A stretch of DNA of 64,000 nt from a virus (IMGVR_UViG_3300031775_000001:1-64000); one strand, 5' to 3'. Shown: positions 1 to 8,103, numbered from the stretch's first letter. The notes: generated by a model not told the origin, from the letters alone. Translations and numbers: made by a program.

Positions 1-131
1 ATTTTATTTAGATTATTTTATTTAGATTATTTTATTTTGTATTGTTTCGCCTCTGGTCTTACAAGTGCCTTGAGAAATTTTAGGTCTTACAAATGCCAGT
101 TTGACGAAACAACAACAACAACAACAACAAA

Positions 132-692
132 TTATTTTAGAATGTATTTGGTTTTCTGGTGATTCATTTCAACAATGCCTGTTAAAGCATAGTCACGCAA
201 GTAAATTTTCTTTGTTAGTCCATCCTGCGTTGAGGATTCGCTCTTCGGGTTTCTATATGAATTCAAGTAAGGCTTTACTTCGTCCAAGTGAAAATCCTTA
301 CCTGTAATGTCGCAACTGTACGTTGCCGGAGAAAGAACCTTTTCAACCTTTGCTTCAATATACCATTTTTCAATCTGATTTTTATCAATATGATGAACCA
401 ATGGAGTACCAAAAATCCTTTTGCCCCATTTGCGAGGTTTGATTTCAAATTGGATTTCTTTTCCTTCTCTTTTGGCTTGAGCCTCTAATGCTGAACCATA
501 GCGCCATGATCCCCAATTTACGAGAACATTGCTTTTCTTGATTATAGTACCTGGACTAGGCGAACCAGTCTTGACTTGGCTAGGCTTGCCAACGTGAACA
601 AGGCTTGCGAAACCAGTTCCGGCGAAACCCTTTGCCAATAGCAATAGATCATTAAGAGCGATAGATTTTGTTTGTAATGTTGTTAGATTCAT
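132..692 (-). CDS. hypothetical phage protein (186 aa)
   Basis: Long ORF on the dominant coding strand with protein-like composition; no family recognised. Confidence 0.7.
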   Translation of the reverse strand: MNLTTLQTKSIALNDLLLLAKGFAGTGFASLVHVGKPSQVKTGSPSPGTIIKKSNVLVNWGSWRYGSALEAQAKREGKEIQFEIKPRKWGKRIFGTPLVHHIDKNQIEKWYIEAKVEKVLSPATYSCDITGKDFHLDEVKPYLNSYRNPKSESSTQDGLTKKIYLRDYALTGIVEMNHQKTKYILK

Positions 693-805
693 TTTTCTTT
701 TAGTGATTTGTGATTTAATAAACTAGGGTCACATTACCGCCGTTGCCAATCAAAGTCAAATAAAAGTTTCATGCAGTAGTAAATCTAATAGAGCTAAAAG
801 TTAAT

Positions 806-970
806 CTAATTATAAACAAAATCCATGCTTCCCTTTAACTGAACGGCAAGCAAGCCTTCTTGATTCTTTTTTACTCCTAGTAATTCAATTGCCTTTTGCT
901 TAGCGCCCCAAAGTGAATTGGCTTTAACTGTTATTTTGATTCCCTTAAAAAATGCTTCAAATTCTTTCAT
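806..970 (-). CDS. small phage protein (54 aa, MKEFEAFFKGIKITVKANSLWGAKQKAIELLG...), below the ORF-track cutoff
   Basis: Translated by hand, ATG at 970 to TAG at 806. Preceded by the ATCTAAATAAAATAAC motif that also precedes the ATG at 2071. Confidence 0.6.
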   Translation of the reverse strand: MKEFEAFFKGIKITVKANSLWGAKQKAIELLGVKKNQEGLLAVQLKGSMDFVYN

Positions 971-990
971 GTTATTTTATTTAGATTTAT

Positions 991-1812
991 TTATGCTATT
1001 TGGATTTGTTTCCCATTTATTGGCGAATATCCATTACCTTGTTCATCTATGTAGATTAACCCATTTCCTTTATCTTTCTTATCCGAGGATGTTTCGTAAT
1101 CTTTTAATTCAATTTGATTACAATCGTTGCCGTAGAAATTATATCCGTCATCTGTCGTCCATCCGTGGGAATTATCTTGCGTGACTTCTGTTTCCGGAAT
1201 TGTCATTTGATTTGTATCCAAGCTATTTTCTACATATAGGCTTGCTGAGGCATTGTCCATTAAGATGTATTTACCTTCATCTATTGCGCGAAAAATTCTA
1301 GGCGAAGTATATCCCCCACGAACATCACAACCTTGGTGAATTTGCAAGGCAATGAATGAGCCTCTTAAATCTTCGCCAGTTTCTTCATCATAAAAATCTG
1401 AATCAAATGCAACGTATTGTAAAACCTGCGAGAGTAAGTCCTCATTGTTGTAAGTGTTTACAGTGATTTTATCTGAATCAAATTTTTCTGCAAATGCTTC
1501 CATGTCTGCAAAATCATGCTCATTGCTTTCTGCGGTGAATTCCGTGAACTTGTCGTCCATTTCCGGAGAATATTCAAGCCGGTCTGCCAGAAAATGAAAT
1601 ACATTCAAAGTGATTTCTATTTCGGGAGAATTCTTATGAGATGAAAACTTAACCCCTGCAACCGGAAGTGAATCAAAATAAGATACTGGATCATTTCCGG
1701 CTAGTTCTTTGTTTTTCTCCCAGTGTCTGCCGTAATGGTCTCCACTGTCTAAAAGGTGACGTCCAGTCCCTTGCGTGAGCATTGATGCGAGAATTTTTCG
1801 AGTTTCGTTCAT
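991..1812 (-). CDS. hypothetical phage protein (273 aa; LDSGDHYGRHW motif)
   Basis: Long acidic ORF with its own promoter upstream. Confidence 0.8.
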   Translation of the reverse strand: MNETRKILASMLTQGTGRHLLDSGDHYGRHWEKNKELAGNDPVSYFDSLPVAGVKFSSHKNSPEIEITLNVFHFLADRLEYSPEMDDKFTEFTAESNEHDFADMEAFAEKFDSDKITVNTYNNEDLLSQVLQYVAFDSDFYDEETGEDLRGSFIALQIHQGCDVRGGYTSPRIFRAIDEGKYILMDNASASLYVENSLDTNQMTIPETEVTQDNSHGWTTDDGYNFYGNDCNQIELKDYETSSDKKDKGNGLIYIDEQGNGYSPINGKQIQIA

Positions 1813-1845
1813 GTCTGTTGTGGTTTGAATTGTAAAACTGAAAAC

Positions 1846-1874
1846 AATCTATACCGGTTTGCTCCTATTGTCAA
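1846..1874 (-). promoter_or_regulatory. sigma70-type promoter TTGACA-17-TAGATT
   Basis: Minus strand TTGACA ataggagcaaaccggta TAGATT. Confidence 0.7.
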
Positions 1875-2335
1875 ATTCAATCGACAAAAGCTGAAAATTT
1901 AGTTGGTTCCGGCTGATTTGCTAAAGGGCAAGCTTTATCTAATTCATTTAAAGCTTTCCGGTACCTGGTCGTAATCCATTTGACTTCCGGATGTCTAGAC
2001 CAATAGCCTAAGAATATTCCAATTGAAATAGAAACTGTCGCAGTCAAAACAATCAAAGATAATGTATTCATGTTATTTTATTTAGATATTTGTGCTGAAG
2101 TTATTTGAATCCGGATGTATTGAAAAGTTTATTCTATTATTGGAGATATAAACTGGTTTCCAATCTCTCGACCATACTGTTACCTTGTCGGGTTGCGAGT
2201 CGGCAAACTTACGAGCAGATTTGAAGCGCCAAAAGTATTTTCTAATCCAATCACGATTTTCGCTGAATCCAACATGAAAGCGAGAACGGAAAAGAGTTTT
2301 ACAAAAGAATTCCTTTATCATTGTTTTTATTTTGT

Positions 2336-2686
2336 TTAGATTTTAGTTGCAGAAATTACCTTGGTACATTGCCAAACCCAAGTGCCTCCGTCCATGCCCT
2401 TGTAATATCTCAAAACCGCTTGCCAAACATTCTTGCCGTTAGACTGTACGCGGAAAGAGTGGGAGCAAGTGCGATTCTGTACTTGTAGCATATAGGTGTC
2501 GCCGGTAGTGTGAGCTTTCCACCTACGTTGAGCCTTGCGTTGATCGTTGATTTGATCCTTAGTCAAGACTAGCTTTGCTTTCGGAGCAGTATCCTTTGCG
2601 TGTATCCTTGCAAGGTTTGCCGGAGTAGTCGCATCCAGAACTATCTTCAGCACGTCCAAATTTATGGTAGTCGGGCAATCGTTCAT
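2336..2686 (-). CDS. hypothetical protein (116 aa)
   Basis: ATG lies 6 nt after a promoter -10 box. Confidence 0.7.
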   Translation of the reverse strand: MNDCPTTINLDVLKIVLDATTPANLARIHAKDTAPKAKLVLTKDQINDQRKAQRRWKAHTTGDTYMLQVQNRTCSHSFRVQSNGKNVWQAVLRYYKGMDGGTWVWQCTKVISATKI

Positions 2687-2692
2687 GTTAGC

Positions 2693-2721
2693 ACTCTATA
2701 CCAGTTTTACTTAGATTGCAA
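2693..2721 (-). promoter_or_regulatory. sigma70-type promoter TTGCAA-17-TAGAGT, probably leaderless
   Basis: TTGCAA tctaagtaaaactggta TAGAGT gctaac ATG; A-rich UP-like tract upstream. Confidence 0.7.
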
Positions 2722-2797
2722 ATTTTATTTTACAATACAAAAGTTAAGTAGATTATTCCAGCAAATAAAATTAATTCCATTATTGTTTCTATTTGGG

Positions 2798-3142
2798 TTA
2801 AAGTCTCAAGGTGACGTCTTCACGAAAACCTAATTTATTCAAGACTGTTGCTATTATTGGCGCCGAGTCTAAACTTATTTCGGTTATTGTCTTTATTGTT
2901 TCCGCTTTTCTTCCGGTTCCGGAGTTATCGGAAAACACTCTCATGTCAACGCAAAACCAGCATTGCTTTCTTTCCAAGTAATAATTATAAAGACCTTCAT
3001 ATTTAATACTTGTTTCGTTATTTAAGCTTATTGATTTCATTTTATCTTCTATTTGCGCACCAGTCCCAAAAGTTGCAGACCATGACGCCTTTCTTTCCTT
3101 TGTTAACAACGTAGTCATCCCAAAAGTTAGGGCAGTTGTCAC
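2798..3142 (-). CDS. hypothetical protein (114 aa)
   Basis: ORF on the dominant strand. Confidence 0.6.
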   Translation of the reverse strand: MTTALTFGMTTLLTKERKASWSATFGTGAQIEDKMKSISLNNETSIKYEGLYNYYLERKQCWFCVDMRVFSDNSGTGRKAETIKTITEISLDSAPIIATVLNKLGFREDVTLRL

Positions 3143-3349
3143 GCAGATAACGCATAAACTTTAGCATTAGTTTTTTCATTGTCCTTACTCCTGGGTTAAT
3201 TTAACCAATTGATTTTTCCTGCCGTTCTTCTCTTGCAACCTTTGCTTATTGCGAAATTTGCGGTATTGAGCTTTCCCCAGTTCATTTCTTTTATTTTTCA
3301 TTTTATACTCGTTTCGTTATTTTGATTCTATTCTATCGATTTTGTTTAT

Positions 3350-4069
3350 TTATGAATTTATTCCCTCTTGCACAAATCCTTCTTCATCCTTCTTTGCAAG
3401 ACCTTTTTCGATAAGACCAACAATAAATCCACCTTGTTTATCTAGAAAGCGCAAATCGTTTTCATCTCCATTGATCACTTCAAAACCTTTCCATGTATCC
3501 GGAATTTGATCACGAAAAACTACTGCGACATTTCCACCGATATCTAAAACCTTCAACGCATCCTCTTCATTGTCCTCGGAAAGAGAAAAAGTTAAATGAT
3601 AATTTTCGGGCATTTCGCCATTAATGAATTTCTCCATGCGACTATAATGCTTAGTATAATCATAAAATTGCGTTGCAGGAAACTTTTGCATTAGGGTTTG
3701 CTCTTCTGCATCTTTGATATTCTCCCATGGTAAATCGCTTGTAAGGTTGGGGCGAAAGACTGCTTCCATCTCTTTCTTGATTGCTGACTTTATACCTAAA
3801 GCAATTTCCTTGGTTAACTTCTCCATGAAAGGCAACTTGTTCTTAAAGAAAAGAATTGTTTTTGCAATGCGTGAATCTTGGATTGAATCCATTTGACCTC
3901 GTCCTGCCGTATTCAAGCAAGCCTTGGTGCAACCTTTAGACCTTGAACCGCAAACCTCGTATCCGGACAGATTCGCCGGAGCAAAATGAATTCCCTTGGT
4001 AATATAACCAAGTTTTTCGCCTTTAATAATCTTGGCATTGCCTGCCGTTAATAGAGTTTGCTTAATCAT
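3350..4069 (-). CDS. Gp88-like conserved phage protein (239 aa)
   Basis: CGSRSKGCTKACLNTAGRG Cys motif, RPNLTSDLPWE, FYDYTK, YHLTFS and GDENDLRFLD motifs typical of this phage family (recognised by eye). Confidence 0.65.
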   Translation of the reverse strand: MIKQTLLTAGNAKIIKGEKLGYITKGIHFAPANLSGYEVCGSRSKGCTKACLNTAGRGQMDSIQDSRIAKTILFFKNKLPFMEKLTKEIALGIKSAIKKEMEAVFRPNLTSDLPWENIKDAEEQTLMQKFPATQFYDYTKHYSRMEKFINGEMPENYHLTFSLSEDNEEDALKVLDIGGNVAVVFRDQIPDTWKGFEVINGDENDLRFLDKQGGFIVGLIEKGLAKKDEEGFVQEGINS

Positions 4070-4075
4070 GGTAAC

Positions 4076-4104
4076 AATAAATCACGGTTTGCATCATATG
4101 TCAA
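4076..4104 (-). promoter_or_regulatory. sigma70-type promoter TTGACA-17-TTTATT, probably leaderless
   Basis: TTGACA tatgatgcaaaccgtga TTTATT gttacc ATG. Confidence 0.6.
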
Positions 4105-4105
4105 A

Positions 4106-4360
4106 TCAATCTTGCAAGTTTATATCTTTTTTTCCTTGCTCGTAATACCATTTAGCTAAATCTAAAAGTTTTAACGATTTAATTTGAATCTGGCAAATAT
4201 CATGGAAAAATGGCTCACCACGCAAACCCATTTCATTTGCAAGAGCAAAAACCTTATCCTCTTCGCCTCTCATGTAATACAAGCGCCATTGCTTGTCAAA
4301 CCAGTTTGGAGTCATATCAGCCATGCAAGGGCCAAATTCGAGTGCTATTTTTTCTTTCAT
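4106..4360 (-). CDS. hypothetical protein (84 aa)
   Basis: ATG lies 6 nt after a -10 box. Confidence 0.65.
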   Translation of the reverse strand: MKEKIALEFGPCMADMTPNWFDKQWRLYYMRGEEDKVFALANEMGLRGEPFFHDICQIQIKSLKLLDLAKWYYEQGKKDINLQD

Positions 4361-4366
4361 GCAAAC

Positions 4367-4395
4367 AACATATATCTATTTTGCTTAGATTGCAA
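4367..4395 (-). promoter_or_regulatory. sigma70-type promoter TTGCAA-17-TATGTT, probably leaderless
   Basis: TTGCAA tctaagcaaaatagata TATGTT gtttgc ATG; the -35 region is nearly identical to that at 2711-2730. Confidence 0.7.
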
Positions 4396-5145
4396 ATTTT
4401 ATTTCAAAAAAGATTTACTCAACATGATTTCCCCTATGCTTTCTCTTTCTATCTAGAATCTTGTTTCGCCTTTTCATGGGGCGAGACTTAGTGAAAAGAA
4501 TTGGTTTCCTAATCTTTATTTTTCTTCCTTTTTTCATGCCACCGGTTCATTGCTTGTTCAACTGTTTTGAATTGACTTAATAATCGCTTGAACCCTTCCC
4601 ATGAAGGTTTCGGCTCATTAAGCTCTTTCCATGCTTTCATTCTCTCTTCTCCTGTAATCATGGTGCAATATACTCCGGCTTTACTAAAAAAGCAAATTAT
4701 TTATTCAACCTCTTTACTAAAGAAGTAGCTTCGTTTTCCGTAACCCAGCCATATATTTTAGCTCCCTGGATAATCTGATTGTATTTCCAGCCTCTCGTTT
4801 GGAGGATAACCGGAACATCGTTATTGGCTTTTACTTCTTTTGTTATTCTATTTAGTTTTTTAATATTCATATCTATTTATTATTTTCAGTTAATTGTTCT
4901 TTGATTGCTTCTATTTCTTCCTTGTTGCCACCTTCCATAGCGACAATCAGTGCATCTAATAATTTATCCGCTATTTCTTTTCTTGAGAGTCTCTCTTCCG
5001 GAGGAGCCGGATACACGTCTTCCTTCCCTCCCCAACCTTCAAAAGGATTATCCATTCTTAAATTCCTTTTCCAATTTCCATATTAAATAAAACATTACCA
5101 CCCATGTGGATAATAAACAAATTGCTTCTATTATTTCTGAATTCA

Positions 5146-5334
5146 TTATTTAATATTTTGTATTTGTTCTTCTATCTTTGTGGCAAACTCAAGGTATTCA
5201 TCTGCCTTAATATTCCGGCGATTCATTACTTCCGTGTCTCCTCTATTTTCGGCAGACCTTGCAAGCATCCTCCATTCAAATTCTAATGTCTTCCAAACGG
5301 TGTGTTCTATTTCTAGTTGTTTTATTTTGTTCAT
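5146..5334 (-). CDS. hypothetical protein (62 aa)
   Basis: ATG lies 6 nt after a -10 box. Confidence 0.6.
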   Translation of the reverse strand: MNKIKQLEIEHTVWKTLEFEWRMLARSAENRGDTEVMNRRNIKADEYLEFATKIEEQIQNIK

Positions 5335-5340
5335 GCCGAC

Positions 5341-5369
5341 AATATAGTCCGGTTTTTATCTAATGTCAA
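5341..5369 (-). promoter_or_regulatory. sigma70-type promoter TTGACA-17-TATATT, probably leaderless
   Basis: TTGACA ttagataaaaaccggac TATATT gtcggc ATG. Confidence 0.75.
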
Positions 5370-5380
5370 ATTAAAAATAA

Positions 5381-5486
5381 TGAGAGTCGAGTCGCCACAC
5401 CCGATAAATCCTAAAGTGTCTTACCACTCATGTACCTTGCCCGCATACGCAGTTTTAGTCTAATAAGGCGTTGTAATGGACTCTCA
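5381..5486 (-). ncRNA. putative structured RNA element C
   Basis: Enclosed by a perfect 8-bp stem TGAGAGTC/GACTCTCA and followed by TTATTTTT. Contains a 16-nt motif shared with 7636-7651. Confidence 0.45.
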
Positions 5487-5493
5487 AATTGAA

Positions 5494-5581
5494 GAGGCGG
5501 TTAAGAATCGAACTTAACATGGTATCTTAACGAATCTTGCCCAACCTTTCTGTGGGAGGATACCTACCATCCTTTCACCTC
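5494..5581 (-). ncRNA. tRNA-like RNA B (acceptor stem and T-arm, no D-stem)
   Basis: GAGGTG/CGCCTC acceptor-like stem, GTTAAG-TTCGATT-CTTAAC T-arm, GGTATC/GATACC central stem. Confidence 0.55.
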
Positions 5582-5678
5582 GTAAATTGTGTTTTGTACC
5601 TCTTTCTCTCTCCCCGAAGGGTTGTAGGCGTGTTCTGACGCCTCGTTGTTCAATGCTTTCGCATCTACTGAAAGAGCA

Positions 5679-5827
5679 GGGAGTGGGAGGAATCGAACCT
5701 CCATGTCTCCAGTTCTTAGTCGCTTTCCCTCATCCTGCTCCACTCTAGAAATGAAACTAGCAAGTTGCGAGGAGATCAACCCTCTGGCGGAACTGGCGCA
5801 TTTTACCGCATTATGCTATGCACCCCC
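5679..5827 (-). ncRNA. tRNA-like RNA A with a 74-nt insert in place of the anticodon loop
   Basis: GGGGGTG/CACTCCC acceptor, GCAT/ATGC D-stem, CCAGTTC/GAACTGG stem, GGAGG-TTCGATT-CCTCC T-arm. Confidence 0.6.
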
Positions 5828-5833
5828 ACAATG

Positions 5834-5848
5834 AAATTTAAAAGAACA
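5834..5848 (-). promoter_or_regulatory. boxA-like antitermination element
   Basis: TGTTCTTTTAAATTT just upstream of RNA A; resembles rrn boxA TGCTCTTTAACA. Confidence 0.45.
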
Positions 5849-5881
5849 ATAAAAAGTATACTCTAATATACTTTATCCGAC

Positions 5882-5910
5882 ACTATAAACCAATTCTGAA
5901 TGGATTGCAA
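5882..5910 (-). promoter_or_regulatory. sigma70-type promoter TTGCAA-17-TATAGT for the non-coding unit
   Basis: TTGCAA tccattcagaattggtt TATAGT. Confidence 0.7.
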
Positions 5911-5919
5911 ATTTTATTT

Positions 5920-6228
5920 TCACTTTCTTTCATCCACCTCTCCGTATAGGCTCTTTAACTCGTATGATCTTTCCGTCATGTTGACTTCATTCTCTTCTTC
6001 TAAAGAATCGAATTCATTTACATTTGAATCTAAGAGAGAAAGTTCGTCCTCCGAGTCGCTTTCTTCCAAGTCTACGCTCAACCCCTTATCTTCAAGGGAT
6101 GAAGAAAACCCTGCGAATTCTTCATCTTGCCTAATTGCTTTTTCCAAATTGTGATATGCCGGATCAAGTGGCGAATTTGGATTGAATTTATTTCTATGAA
6201 ACTCTTTTATTTTTTCTTCGTTTGTCAT
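5920..6228 (-). CDS. acidic hypothetical protein (102 aa)
   Basis: ORF on the dominant strand. Confidence 0.6.
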   Translation of the reverse strand: MTNEEKIKEFHRNKFNPNSPLDPAYHNLEKAIRQDEEFAGFSSSLEDKGLSVDLEESDSEDELSLLDSNVNEFDSLEEENEVNMTERSYELKSLYGEVDERK

Positions 6229-6274
6229 AATATTATTGCTAAGTAGATAATTCCTGCGAAAAGTATAGCCTCCA

Positions 6275-6574
6275 CTATGCGACCTCCTCTTTAGAAGTCA
6301 AGGCTTTTTCAACTTGAACTCTTGATTCTTCTATTTTGGCGATAACCGAATGGCATTCTGCCTCAGTAGCGATGGGAACTGGAACATCATTCTCGAAATT
6401 AACTTGATGATCTAAATCTTTAGGGTCAACGACCTCATCATCCACCTTGAACCATAAGTCCCAAGAGTCTGAGTCCTTATCGTATAGAGGCTCTTCCACC
6501 GGAGGTAGAGTGCCGAGTTTATCTTTGGCGCAGAACAAGTCTACGTATTCTAAGGTTTCGTTTATTGTATACAT
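6275..6574 (-). CDS. hypothetical protein (99 aa)
   Basis: Start overlaps the stop of the upstream ORF at 6574. Confidence 0.65.
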   Translation of the reverse strand: MYTINETLEYVDLFCAKDKLGTLPPVEEPLYDKDSDSWDLWFKVDDEVVDPKDLDHQVNFENDVPVPIATEAECHSVIAKIEESRVQVEKALTSKEEVA

Positions 6575-6909
6575 TATACTAATTGTTTTGATTCTATTTC
6601 TTTTCTGACCAGTTCTACAACCCTATCCGCAATATCCAGACTTTTAGCCCCAATATTCCAAATAGAATTTAATCCGACAGGTTTATGTTGTTTCCAGTCA
6701 TAAATCGTGGCGACCTCTCCGTCTTCAAACATTAGTTGCCATTCGACTTGAGTTTTGTATCCATCTCCGTCCATAGGGACTTGGAATAAATCCATTAAGA
6801 TGTGATAGGGCGCGTTCAATATAGTTTGGAAGAATGTTCCCTCCGCTATCCAGTATGAGTTTTCTGTTTCAAATTTCATGGGTTCAATATCGCATAGATT
6901 GCCATTCAT
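6574..6909 (-). CDS. hypothetical phage protein (111 aa; DGYKTQVEW...ATIYDWK motif)
   Basis: Motif pattern seen in common small phage proteins. Confidence 0.7.
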   Translation of the reverse strand: MNGNLCDIEPMKFETENSYWIAEGTFFQTILNAPYHILMDLFQVPMDGDGYKTQVEWQLMFEDGEVATIYDWKQHKPVGLNSIWNIGAKSLDIADRVVELVRKEIESKQLV

Positions 6910-6922
6910 GTCAAATTCTTTT

Positions 6923-7114
6923 TTATGCCGAAGCTCTTTTTAATTGAATTAAGCGGAGTCTTTCGTCTGCCTCTCTTTGTTGGGCAAATAAACTATCCTC
7001 TACGACAGAACCATAATTCCTAAAGTTAGCTCTTGGAATGCTCGCCCTAGCTTTATTCTTCCGGTTGTGATCTGATTGTTTTGAAACCGCTTTCGCTTTT
7101 CTTGATATGCTCAT
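6923..7114 (-). CDS. small basic protein (63 aa)
   Basis: ORF downstream of a TTGACA-17-TATAGT promoter near 7157-7185. Confidence 0.6.
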   Translation of the reverse strand: MSISRKAKAVSKQSDHNRKNKARASIPRANFRNYGSVVEDSLFAQQREADERLRLIQLKRASA

Positions 7115-7200
7115 ATTTTTTCTTGGGTTTGTACCTTAATTTTAAAACTTGAAACACTATAATCCACCTTCCGGCGAATGTCAAATCGATATTGAATTTT

Positions 7201-7239
7201 TTCAAAATAAAAACCCTCCCCGATTTCTCAGGGAGGGTT
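7201..7239 (-). terminator. Rho-independent terminator
   Basis: AACCCTCCC / GGGAGGGTT stem followed by TTTATTTT on the minus strand. Confidence 0.8.
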
Positions 7240-7720
7240 CTAATCATAGAATGCTCGCGAACATAAGCGAACATAAGGAAAAAAATGTGTGGGGAGGGAC
7301 TACTGTATACCCTCGACTTTTCGGTGTGAACATCAGTTCAATGTTCCTACTTCGCACCACGAATAAGACTGGAAGTCTCTGGCTCATCCGATTGGACTCT
7401 ACCACCCCCACCACAGGGGAATCGTGTACCTTAGCCCGCTCACAACAGGCTTGCTCAGTCACCCACAGGAAGGATTATAAGCCCTTCCAAAGACTCTACA
7501 AATAAGGAATTCCATTAGAACTTCCACGAAATTTAAGGTTAAACCTTATTTGCAGATAAAATCGTTTGCGAGTGGGTTGACTAAGTTATGACCAGCTTCT
7601 TAACTCAACCACAATATATTTATTGTAATTATAATTAAAGTGTCTTACCACCCGCAAACTAAACTGTAAAAGATCAAAGCTCTATTTGTTTTATTTGAGT
7701 TAAGCCTTCTCAAGTTTGAA
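7240..7720 (-). ncRNA. putative ~500-nt structured non-coding RNA of unknown family
   Basis: Bounded by its own promoter and terminator. Multiple helices (7648-7659/7564-7575, 7544-7554/7497-7507, 7468-7488, 7433-7451). No credible ORF. Confidence 0.65.
7661..7676 (-). promoter_or_regulatory. boxA-like antitermination element
   Basis: TGATCTTTTACAGTTT; 15/16 identical to 40658-40673. Confidence 0.55.
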
Positions 7721-7727
7721 TATAAAT

Positions 7728-7756
7728 ACTATACTATAATGAATATTATTTGTCAA
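7728..7756 (-). promoter_or_regulatory. sigma70-type promoter TTGACA-17-TATAGT
   Basis: TTGACA aataatattcattatag TATAGT. Confidence 0.75.
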
Positions 7757-7983
7757 GTATTATTTTGCATAATTTGTATTAAATTCGATTTTATTTCTTG
7801 GGGACTCATCTCATGTATAGACCCTAATAGTCTTAGTATATCACAATTCGTATCATTTGGCTCTATGTCGTGATACTGCGTAAGCAACCATTCCGCAAGA
7901 GGGTTATCTGAATTAAAGCAACTCGGATACTTTTTTTCGTAGTCTCTTTGCTTTTTGGAGAATGGAAGTGTTGGTGTCGTCAT
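7753..7983 (-). CDS. hypothetical protein (76 aa)
   Basis: ORF on the dominant strand. Confidence 0.6.
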   Translation of the reverse strand: MTTPTLPFSKKQRDYEKKYPSCFNSDNPLAEWLLTQYHDIEPNDTNCDILRLLGSIHEMSPQEIKSNLIQIMQNNT

Positions 7984-8103
7984 AATATTATTGTTTTTTC
8001 GTTCCCTGGGAGAATTTTATTGTAAAATTTAGAGGTTTTGAGGCGTTACCGGTGTGACGCCCATCCGTAGATATAGCTGAGAACCCCCGAAACTCAGGGA
8101 AAT

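Noticed and set aside
101-307. Plus-strand poly-Q ORF over a (CAA)n microsatellite at ~110-130
   Set aside because: It is antisense to a better ORF and the poly-Q comes only from the short repeat; no evidence of function.
5564-5779. 71-aa ORF or tmRNA tag frame across the tRNA-like elements
   Set aside because: It crosses paired RNA arms and has no tag-like C-terminus. Two separate T-arms and no G3-U70 pair do not fit one- or two-piece tmRNA.
5716-5789. HDV-like/theta ribozyme (CTCCTCG loop, CTAA before a helix)
   Set aside because: The P2-P3 spacing and the P1.1 GG are not in canonical positions; a descriptor search or cleavage assay would be needed.
7149-7505. ORFs 7149..7505 (+) and 7244..7462 (-)
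   Set aside because: Atypical composition, no start context, and they lie inside a promoter/terminator-bounded structured region.
7240-7720. Identity as group I intron, RNase P RNA or HEARO/omegaRNA
   Set aside because: CAGAGACT and TAGTCC resemble group I R/S elements, but AGACT pairs locally and there are no flanking exons. The RNase P GAGGAAAGUCC core is absent and there is no adjacent IscB/TnpB.
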